Origin: Selaginella moellendorffii
Taxonomy: Eukaryota; Plantae; Lycopodiophyta
DNA length: 64,000 nt
Assembly (NCBI RefSeq): GCF_000143415.4
Contig: NW_003314292.1
Span: 536,829-600,828 of the forward strand
Direction: 5' to 3'
Part shown: positions 1-9,764 of the stretch, in pieces
Layout: each line of letters opens with the position of its first letter
Position numbering within the stretch: position 1 is the stretch's first letter
The notes under the pieces: model-generated
What the model saw: only the letters and a program-made list of their open reading frames with translations
Told to the model about the DNA's origin: nothing
Database searches by the model: none
Position numbers and translations under genes: made by a program

Positions 1-1754
1 AAGATGGGAGTTGTAGTGCCGTTGTTGTCCCACTTGTACGCGGCTTAAGTGTTTGGCAGACTCTGCTCGGACAAGTGGAAGAATGCTAGTCAAATATTGA
101 TCCCATGACCTAGCATCCGCAACTCGTGGCAATCGCGAAGGTAAACCCAGCTCCGTTGGTAATATTGGATCATGACCATATAGAAGTTTATATGGTGAAG
201 CACCAACAAAACTCTGCACCCTAGTGACATATGCATACCGAAGAGATGGCAAATAACCATCCCAATCCGAATGTTGAAAGTTCACATATTTCGCAATCAT
301 CCCCTTGAACGTCCAAACAAGCCGTTCCACCAAACCGTCTGATTGTGGATGATAAGCACTCATGAAAGTGTGGCGAATCCCCAATCGAGACGTCAAAACA
401 TGAAATGCCTCAGCCATAAATGCAGGACCATTATCCGAAAGAATCCGCTCTAGACAAGAATGCTGGAACACCACTCGATTGAGGAGGAAGTATCCAATAG
501 CAGTTGCAGAGGCACTAGCAAGAGCACCAACTTCCACCCAACGAGTCAAATAGTCAAAAGCAATAATAATATACTCATTGCCAGCAGTTGACCGTGGAAA
601 AGTCCCATAAGATCAAATGCCACCAACTCAAATGGACGGGAAACTGCAATTGACTCTAACCGTCTTTCCACAACCTGAGGGAGAGTATTACGAGCTTGGC
701 ACCAAACGCAGCTACGCACATACCAGATAATATCACGTCGCATCTCCGGCCAATAGAAAGACCTGCGTAGCTTCTCGATTACACGACAATGTCCCATATG
801 CCCACCTAGAACAGGAGAATCATGGTAGGCATGGAGAAACCGCGGAATAAAGATAGAAGGCACCACTAGCCGTAAATTGTCATCAGGATTTGTCCCCATA
901 AAATAAAGAAGGCCACCTTCAAGACGATATTGAGAATGTAAATGCCGGAAAGGCAAGTCATCAGTAAGTGATGTAGGATTCTCAAATCCATCTCGAAGCC
1001 TTTGAATCCATGGCTCAATCTTTTGAGCCTTGCGAACCTCATCAAGCGAAGGTAGATCTTGCTCTACACCTTGTGGACACTGAACGTCAAGTACAGCAAC
1101 CGCCGACGACACAGAATCCTCGTCTAGAAAATCCACAGATGCTGGAACAACAATCTCGTCAGAAACATGAGAAGAGAATGAAGAAGGAAGAGGAGCTCGA
1201 GAAAGGGTATCAGCATTAGCTATAGAACTCCCTGGGCGGTGAACAACATCAAAATCATATATCTGAAGCTTCAAAGCCCACCGAGTAGTACGATCAACCA
1301 GGTTCTTCCGCTTTAATAACAAAGTAACAGCAGCATGGTCACCTTCAAGTAACGTCCGAGAACCATGTAGATATGCATGAAGTTTCTCGAAACCCCAAAC
1401 TGCTGCTAAACATTCCTTCTCTGTCGTGGAGTAGTTCATCTCCGCTGGTTGTAATGTACGGCTTATATATGGCACTGACCAAGCACACTCGAGCTCTCTT
1501 GCATTAACACACCTCCAAGACCAATGTCAGAAGCATCCACGCGCAAAATAAAAGGTCAAGTGTAATCAGGATATGCCAAAACTGGAGGAGTTGTCAATAA
1601 CTTTTTCAGATCCCCAAACGCCCGCTCACAATCCGGAGACCAGATGAAAGATGATGTTGATGACTTCAACAACGCTCGCAATGGTGCAGTGCGATTAGAA
1701 AGATGATCCACAAAATGCCCGAGATACTGCACCTTGCCCAAGAAGCGCTACACA
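1..1754 (-). pseudogene. pol: Pol: RNaseH and integrase, frameshifted
   Basis: NYSTTEKECLAAVW (RNaseH), HDSPVLGGH...CVWC (HHCC zinc finger), AYHPQSDGLVER (integrase core) across several frames. Confidence 0.9.
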
Positions 1755-3167
1755 TCATTCACACTTCGGAGTAGGGAACTTTAGAACAGCCATAAGTTTG
1801 TCAAGATCAGCTTGCAAACCCTCACAAGAAATACGGTACCCAAGATAAGTTGAGTCCTTGGATCCAAACACGCACTTCGACCGTTTCAGCTTTAAACCAA
1901 CGTCACGTAGCCGATCCAACACTTTACAAACATCATGAACGTGCTCCTCCCACGTCCCCTCCGAATGGATCAAGACATCATCAATGAAGTCAGCAGTCAC
2001 CTCCGGCATATCACAAAGAACCTCGTCCATCATCCATTGAAAAGTTGCTGGAGCATTGTTTAAACCAAATGGCATCACCAAGAACTCATACAAACCAAAT
2101 GGTGTATGAAAAGCAGTCTTAGGAATATCTTCTTCGGCCATCAGTACTTGCCAGTACCCAGAAGCAAGATCTAACTTGGTGAACCAACGACTTCGCCTTA
2201 GACGATCCAAGAGATCAGCAGTGTGAGGAAGAGGGTACATATCCGAGATCGTAACGTTGTTTAACGGACAATAGTCGATGCAGAAATGAATACTCCCATC
2301 AGGCTTCGTCACAAGATGAGGTTCACATGCCCAAGGACTTCGCGACTTCCGAATAACACCCTTCTCCAACATCTCCTTGGCATTTGCACGTAAAATCTTG
2401 ATCTCCTTTGGTGACCGACGACGAACAAGAACCTTGATTGGACGAGCATCCCCAGTTGGAATCGGATGACGTGTAGCAATCTTGGCTCCAGACGATAGGT
2501 CAAAGTCAAAGAGATCAGAATACTCCTTCATGAGCCGGTCAACTGCTGCAACACAAAGATCGTCGGAGGGATCGGAAAAGGGAAGAGCAGAACAAGATGG
2601 AAACATTGGAGGAAATAGTGGGGGAACAAAAGTAATGGAAGCAGAGGTAGAAGTAGAGGGACGAAGAGGTACAGATGTGAGAGGAATGGATGAAACATAA
2701 GGAAGTATGAGACAAGGGGGAGAAGCCTCAAAGTCACACTTGGCATGATTGCGTTGCAACCAATCTATACCAAGAATGAGGTCAAAAGCTTGACTCGGCA
2801 CCACCCGCAACGACTGCAACTCAAGCTCGAGATCTCCCACATGCACAATTAGGTCTGCCTCATCCCGTGCACATGCATGTGTACGGCCGTTGCCATAAAG
2901 AATGAAAACTGGTTCCACCACACAACGCAAGTGTAGACGACAACGTGTGGCAACAGGTCGAGCAATAGAAGATAAACTCGAACCTGTATCAACCAACACG
3001 GAGCGAATAATAGGAGACCTCTTGTTATAAAGATGAGCTTGGAAAGTAAATACTGGATGAACTGGTGCTGAGTGAACCCCTTGATGATACTCCCGAAAGA
3101 AAGATGGAGGGGTCACTGACTTATTCGCGCAAGGTCCCTCCGTTACTCGTGTGACTCCTCGTTTCCC
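1755..3167 (-). pseudogene. pol: Pol: aspartic protease and reverse transcriptase
   Basis: LVDTGS protease motif, LILGIDWL, KLDLASGYWQ, MPFGLNNAPATFQ, FIDD. Frameshifted into the downstream RNaseH. Confidence 0.9.
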
Positions 3168-4075
3168 AGATGCATTTCGGTGTCCAAACCTTCCACTGCA
3201 GTAGCACCAACAGGACGTTGTTGATGCCAAGGTCTCCACCCAGGAAATGGAGGTTGCCAATCCGGAAAGCGTCGACAACGCCGATAAGTATGACCAACTT
3301 CATCACACGCCCAGCAACGAACATCATGGCCACGACCACGTCCTCGCCCTTGTCCTTGGACTCGAGTAGCAGCAGCATCAACCTCCATTGGAACAGGACC
3401 ATCACTCATAGAAAGTGGAGTGGAAGGATGTGCAACGAAAAGTGGAAGAGGCGATGTCTCATAACATTGTGCCAAGCGAAGAGCATCGTCAAGGGTGGCA
3501 GGAGCAAATGCATGCACAAGGCTGACAAGATCTTGACGAAGTGCTAGCCACAACATTCCTAGCTTGATCCGCTCCGACATATTGGGCTCCGCACGAAGCA
3601 AAAAACTTCGGAAACGAAAGCCAAATTGCATCACCGACTCAGATGGCCCTTGGCAAAGACGATGCAATTGTTGGAAGGCATCGTCACAATCGTCGGCATG
3701 TCTGAAGGAGCGTTTAAAGACGTCCGGAAGAACACTCCAATCCTCACGAGTGGCCGCACTCAATCCATTGTACCACTGCAACGCTGTCCCTTGGAGACAC
3801 GTGGGAAACTCACGTAAACGTCGAGCATCATCCCAAGAATAATATGTGGCAATCACCGTGAAGTGATCAAACCAATGGTACACATCATCCCCAGGATTCC
3901 CACGAAAGAACTCTGGCCAAACACGAGGATTGGCACCAAGAGCAAGAGGAGTTGGACCACGTGCCGTGAATGCCGCCATCAATTGAGTTTGGTTGTTCAA
4001 TTGCAAGCGCATAGTATCAAGCAATTGGACCAACTGCTGCTCGAGAGTCAAAGGAGGAGATTGCTGATCTGCCAT
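3143..4075 (-). CDS. gag: Retrotransposon Gag with CCHC zinc knuckle
   Basis: 310-aa ORF with a Retrotrans_gag-like region (LCQGPSESVMQF), a PVPMEVD motif and CWACDEVGHTYRRC. Confidence 0.9.
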   Translation of the reverse strand: MADQQSPPLTLEQQLVQLLDTMRLQLNNQTQLMAAFTARGPTPLALGANPRVWPEFFRGNPGDDVYHWFDHFTVIATYYSWDDARRLREFPTCLQGTALQWYNGLSAATREDWSVLPDVFKRSFRHADDCDDAFQQLHRLCQGPSESVMQFGFRFRSFLLRAEPNMSERIKLGMLWLALRQDLVSLVHAFAPATLDDALRLAQCYETSPLPLFVAHPSTPLSMSDGPVPMEVDAAATRVQGQGRGRGRGHDVRCWACDEVGHTYRRCRRFPDWQPPFPGWRPWHQQRPVGATAVEGLDTEMHLGNEESHE

Positions 4076-4114
4076 GGAGACGAATGAAAAAGAAAGAGCA
4101 AAAGAAGAGAAATG

Positions 4115-4256
4115 ACAAAAAGCTAGAAGGAAATGGTAGATCTAGACAATGCAAAAAGCTAGATCTAAACCAAAATCTTGAAAGGAAAGAACAAAAAGAA
4201 GGAAATGGAAAAGCTAGATCTAGACAATGCAAAAGTTATATCTAAACCAAAATCCT
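4115..4256. repeat. Two-copy ~75-bp degenerate tandem repeat in the element 5' leader
   Basis: GAAGGAAATGG...AGATCTAGACAATGCAAAA...TCTAAACCAAAATC occurs twice. Confidence 0.75.
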
Positions 4257-4288
4257 AAATCCAAGCACTCCTCAGGGACAATCAAAGG

Positions 4289-4306
4289 TGCCCCTCACCT
4301 CCACCA
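4289..4306 (-). promoter_or_regulatory. Primer binding site, tRNA-Ala-like
   Basis: Minus strand TGGTGGAGGTGAGGGG next to the LTR, close to the complement of the plant tRNA-Ala 3' end (TGGTGGAGATGCGGGG, recalled). Confidence 0.65.
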
Positions 4307-4307
4307 A

Positions 4308-4482
4308 TGTGAGTGCTTGGAATATGGAAAGGGAATACAGAAATGTGCATATCAATTAGCCCAAAAACCCTAGCTTATATACAGAAGCGAGTGGTCCCAA
4401 TTGAAACTAATCTGACGGCTACCAAAATCCCACTATGCTAATATTAATATACGGCATCGTAACCGTACACTTGGCCCTCACA
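4308..4482 (-). repeat. 5' LTR (175 bp)
   Basis: TGTGAG...CTCACA inverted termini, a TATATAA box on the minus strand, and an adjacent TGG-starting PBS. Confidence 0.8.
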
Positions 4483-7400
4483 GGTTCTTATATAAAAATT
4501 GAAAGGAAATTGATAACCACTAGAGAAGCACTAAAATATTTTTTAATAGCTATATTATCCTATAAAATATTAAAACTCCAATATATAGGCAGATGCAGAT
4601 TTGGAGTATAATTACTACAATTTATTAATGGCAGTGCACTCTCAATAAATGTCATTGAACATGTTGGTGAAGTGTTGAATAAATAAATTGAAATCCTAAA
4701 GAACATGATCACTCTTTTTAAAAAGGGCAAAGAGCCAAAAAAGAATTTTTTAAAATGTGTAAAGAATCAAGTAAAAAAACTTTAATCAAGCCTACACAAA
4801 ATGTCAGAGTATTGATCAAGTTGCATAGTAATTTTGAAGCCTAACTTAGTTGAGAAAGCCATGAAACTTGAACTATATGCTCTCAAATTTTGTTAGTAGA
4901 CCAATCTTTATCTTTAAATCAAGAAACCATTGTTAATGCTGAATACTATGCTAGAGTTGCAAATGAAGTGTTATATTAGATTGCTCTACTGCTTTATATG
5001 ACTTATTTAAAGTATTGAGATGCCTTTGACTAGAGTTGATGAAGAGAATCTAAAGAAGCCATTAATATTAGAGTGTTTAAATTATCAAACACTTGTTATT
5101 GAGAGATAACAAAATCACTATAGTGAAATAATAAAGAAAAAAAGATGAATTTATACAAAGTTCTCAAAACCCTACTTTTATATTGTTTTAGAAACTAATC
5201 TGGTTCAACCTCTAATTCAAAAACTTAATTTAATTCATTCCATAGTGAATATACTTTTAGTAAATATGAAAAGATGGCAACTACACAAATGTAGCTTTCA
5301 TGTGAAAACTTATTATTATTGTCCATATTGATGTAGCAATTTCTTTTTTATGAAAGAAATAAAAAATACTTGATAAATTGCTTAATTAGTGGCCGTTAAT
5401 TACTCCTGGATTAGAAAACCTATAGATAAAAAAAATAATAATTTTATACTAAATAGAAAATCTAGGAATGTAAAATTCTCCCACTTCATTTCATCTTGAC
5501 CATAATTAATAAAAAGAGCAAGTAGAAATCACTCCACACAATCAATTTCATCTCATAATTTTGAACACTAAGAATAAGTGAAAATTAGTGTAGTAACAGG
5601 AGTGTATAAGAAAGCTTATAAACTATATAATTTATAAACACAAGATTAATATTATAAACCAGAGTTGTTAAGCAAGCTTATAAATTCTTAGATATGTGCA
5701 TAATCTGGTTAGTTTCAGAAAAAGTTGATCCCTGAAATCTTTCTTATAGATATATATTTGTTATAGTTATTTCATTAATTTATATTTTACTTCCAATTAT
5801 GTAGGAACCAAGCAGGAGATAACGTTCCTCAAGCGAGCTATAGAACACCCACATAAGCGATGTCAAGGTGCTTAACACTGCTCGTGCTGAATCGCCACTC
5901 TGTGGTAAAGCCAAGCTTGAATGGACGTACCTCGAAACTCGGGATAGCATGGTCCCGAAGCAGTGGTGAAACGAAAGCAGTCCTCTCAGCCCAAAAGGAA
6001 CGCCCCAAAACAGTCCGTAAGTGTAGACTAACACTGTGAAAGCTCTGTGCACATCCCGAGCAAATTCTTGTGCGAAAATCAAGGAAGCCACTGCCGCTGT
6101 GCCGTAAAGAAAGAGACATTAATCACCTTGGCTATGGAGCTCGTGATCAGAAGCTGTGACGCACAGTGAAAGTCGAGACCCATCGTGCGAGCTTGTTAAA
6201 CATCCACTTCTCGCTGGTTGCAAGGAAATGGGAAAATCCGAGCGCGCTCGTGGCTAGCACTGCCACCGATCCGACTGGCACTGGATTTTCGACCTCCTCA
6301 ACTTGGACAGCGGGCTGGAAATTCACATCGAAAGCAACCAAGACGACTGGCATGCTTGCGAGAAACGAGAAACGATGGTCGATGCGATTCCCATCCAGTA
6401 AGCGACAGAAAGATCCTGGTCAAAGACGGAGCTGGGGACGATGCTCTCGGGCCATCGAACTCCAAGAAGCAAGCACAAGCAAGAGAGGAACGAAGCTCGT
6501 TCTCATTCTCGCTCGCTCTCTCTCTCGTTCGTTTTGTTTTCCTTTTTAGGGATTTCTGTAAAGGAGGATCGCCGGGAGCGCGGGCTGGAGGAAAGGTCTC
6601 GGCTTTCGTTTGAATCGCGCTCTATCGAGGCAATGCAGGTGAAATACCAGTGACTGATCGCCGACATCTTCCAATCCAGAAAAGCCTCCTCGCTGTCTCC
6701 GGTAAGAGTTTTCCTTTTCTAGTCTTTAGCCCAGACCGTGCCGAGAGCTTCTCCAGCACTCGTTAAGTCTGTCCCCTTGGGCTCTTTGCGTTCTTCAGTT
6801 TTTTGGTTGTCCTGTGACGAGTTTCTTACTCGATTTCACGGTTTTTTCCAGATCGGTGCTACCGGGGGGACACTGTGACACTGTCCGGATTCCGGAAGCT
6901 CAAGGAGAACAAATCGAGCAGCTCCAATCGCCGCATTGATGTGTAGAACCATTGGCAACGAGTAGCTGGAAAAAAAGCTTACTCTATGGGACGGGTCACA
7001 GTCCCAAGGCGAACTTCCTTGTCGTGAGGTAAAAGGCGATGGTCGTCGTGGCTCAAACTTCACACTTTACAAGACTGAAAGAAGAAAGTGAGCAGGAGTA
7101 ATCCACTCAATCTTACGGCTTCGTATAAATACTGCTGGTCGGTAAAAGAAATCAGCTGAGCACTCCGCCACCCCGTTTGACGAGCCTGGCTCTTATCTCG
7201 GCTTTGCTCTCTCTGGTGGAAAAGTCACACTAGTTTCTCTTGTTCTTTTCTTTAGTTCTTCTCACTGTACAAGGTGCTGGCGCGAGGATAAAGCGGAAAT
7301 GGACACTAGAGTATGAGAAAGCGAACGGGTGCTCACGATCCAAACGTGAGTGAGCTGAACTCACACCTGGAGAAGTTCTTAAAGGCGCTAGCCCTTAAGG

Positions 7401-7654
7401 AATATTTTGAGCGGCTCCATTTGGCAGGAATGATGCGTGCGATCAAAGCTTGACTTCCCAGGAGCAAAAAAGAAGCGCTCAACCTTTTCTCGCCTCGAGC
7501 AGCTAAAGGCCGCCGTGACTTGAGGCTCTACGTTGGTTTCGGCTATCGAATTGCAGGGCTCGAGATTAGTTTTTGATGAGATGCAATTGAGTTCAGTAGA
7601 AAAGCTAAGCTTTGTTCCCTGCGACATCGTTCTTCGAGAAAGGCGAATCTAGCG

Positions 7655-8893
7655 TGGCTACACCTCGTCAGCTGCTAACATCACTATAGCAAAGCAACCA
7701 CCTCTATGGGACGACAATCCAATATCCACCACCTGAAGATTTGCATGCTGTTGTTTTTGCGTTTGACCTTTCTTCAGCCTCAAAATTCTTTGTTAATAAT
7801 AATCCTTTTTTCCAAAACCTATATAGACTAAAATGTTAGACTAACAATAGGCTGGGCTAATCTTGTCAAGAAAGGGTTAGCTATAAAATAGGAAAGAGAG
7901 AGAAAGAGAAAGGAAAAGCATGACCTTCTTCTGGGGGATAAATTTCACGTTCCTTTTCCCAGGCTGTGTGCCCGAGCATCCACACGACTACGCGTTCATG
8001 CTCATGTTCATTGCATGGATTGGAGTTATGCACGAATGGATCGCCCACAATCACTGGATGATCCTTGCTGCCTATTCCACGCCAGGACCAACCACTGGCA
8101 AGGATCCAAAGAGAGACTACCCCAAGCACGCTCGCTGGGCGATACCGCTGGCAGTGGCGATGCATGGTGCCTATGTGACCACAAGCTACATGCTCATGAT
8201 GATGGGAATGTCGTTCAACACGGGGGTCTTCATTACGATCATGGTGGGATTGTGCATTGGATTTTACATCTTCAGGCCCCTGGAATCGTCAAATCCTTTC
8301 AGGATTGTGCCTGTGCCAGCATCCTGAATTATTTTCAGAATATTCTAGATTTTGTGTATCAGCTGAAGATAAGATTATAAAAAATAACTTTTTTTAATAA
8401 TCCTTTTACTATTTAATATTCTATTAATTATAATTAAATTATAAAATAAGCATCTGCATTTATGTATATATTTATGGTAAGTAAGTAAAATTACACTTTA
8501 TAATTTAGTTAGATTTTGAGTATGTTATAAAACTTAAGAATATATTTAATTTTTGCATAGTTGAGTTTATTACTTCACAAACACAAACACTTCCTATTGT
8601 TGTTTGTTCCTTATACCTAACCTTTTCTACCAGCTTTGAATAATCATGTCAATATTTATTGCATTTTAGTCTATATAGGTTTTGGAAAAACGGCTGAAAG
8701 CTCGCAAGCTGAATCAGCACAAAAAGTCAAAAGAAAAATCAGGTGTCAAGAAACAACAGCATGCAAATCTTCAGGTGGTGGATCAAAATGATGCTTGGTA
8801 TTGGATTGTCGTGCCATAGATGAATCGGGCAATGTTTTTTGTCATGTCTGTCTTGCTTTGCTATAGTGATGTTAGCAGCTGAAGAGCTGTAGC
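7655..8893. repeat. Inverted repeat pair (7655-7835 and 8661-8893) flanking COPT
   Basis: Shared blocks in opposite orientation: CAGCTGCTAACATCACTATAGCAAAGCAA, CCACCACCTGAAGATTTGCATGCTGTTGTTT, TTCCAAAACCTATATAGACTAAAATG. Confidence 0.85.
7920..8327 (+). CDS. COPT: Ctr/COPT-family copper transporter
   Basis: MTFFWG start, three hydrophobic segments, MxxxM (MMMGM) followed by SFNTGVF, and GxxxG (GLCIG). Intronless. Confidence 0.88.
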   Translation: MTFFWGINFTFLFPGCVPEHPHDYAFMLMFIAWIGVMHEWIAHNHWMILAAYSTPGPTTGKDPKRDYPKHARWAIPLAVAMHGAYVTTSYMLMMMGMSFNTGVFITIMVGLCIGFYIFRPLESSNPFRIVPVPAS

Positions 8894-8959
8894 CCCTCTT
8901 GCGAGAAGAGTGAAAGAAGAGAGAAAGAAAAACAAAAATATTTCCGCCCACATCCTCGC

Positions 8960-9240
8960 TGCCTAAGTTCATTGCGGGGTTCGGAGTTATCCACGAATGG
9001 ATTGCCCACATCCTCGCTGCCTATTCCACGCCAGGACCCACCACCGGCAAGGATTTGAAGAGAGACTACCCCAAGCACGCTCGCTGGCGACCCCGATGGC
9101 AGTGGGGATGCACGGTGCTTATGTGACCACGACGCTGATGATGGCAATTGCGTTCAACATGGGGGTCTTCATCGCGTCGGATTTTATGCCTTCAGGCCCC
9201 TGGATTTGTCAAATCGTTCCAGGATAGTGCCAGCATCCTA
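8960..9240 (+). pseudogene. COPT pseudogene (tandem paralog)
   Basis: Clear nucleotide similarity to 8000-8327 with several deletions and frameshifts; 5' coding part missing. Confidence 0.85.
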
Positions 9241-9698
9241 GAGGAATGGTGGTTGCATGCTAGGCATCTAAATATTTCTTACTTTAAAAGACATGGATAT
9301 AATATTAATAGGCATATTACTTTAAGTTTTGTTTAGCCAAAGTAAAGGATGGTCCATATTTGATTTGGAAATCTCAGTTCAACACTCTTGATGTCTTTAG
9401 GACGAGCTCTGGGCAGGACATCGAAGTCTTTTCCCGCTGTGATCACTGCCCATGAATCCCTGGAGGAAGAGCGGCATTTTTGGTGTAGCTATCTTTCACT
9501 TTTATTTTACCTCAATGGGATTTACAGGCTGACCATGCACACATATTGAAAGTTGAGAAGAAGGATGGATGAATCTGTTGGGCCAGTCATTGCTTTGGTT
9601 GTTTCCCATAATGATCCACTCTACAGATCGTACTCATGCTTCAAGTTCATGAAGTCCAAGCTGTCTTAATTTGTCTAGTTTATTCATCGTCCTGGCCT

Positions 9699-9764
9699 AA
9701 AGTAGCAAGGCACCCCAACGTGGTTAAGGTCTATTATGCCAAGGAAGAAAAGCTCCTGGTGTAG
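9699..9764 (+). pseudogene. Remnant of a receptor-like kinase (LRR-III-like subdomain IV/V)
   Basis: Translates as KVARHPNVVKVYYAKEEKLLV*, resembling the HPN...YYAKEEKLLVYD motif. No intact surrounding ORF. Confidence 0.5.

Larger units (their letters stand above)
1..4482 (-). mobile_element. Ty3/Gypsy LTR retrotransposon, degenerate, 3' end runs off the window
   Basis: Domain order LTR-PBS-gag-PR-RT-RNaseH-INT on the minus strand. Pol is broken by several frameshifts. Integrase-like reading continues to position 1. Confidence 0.95.
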
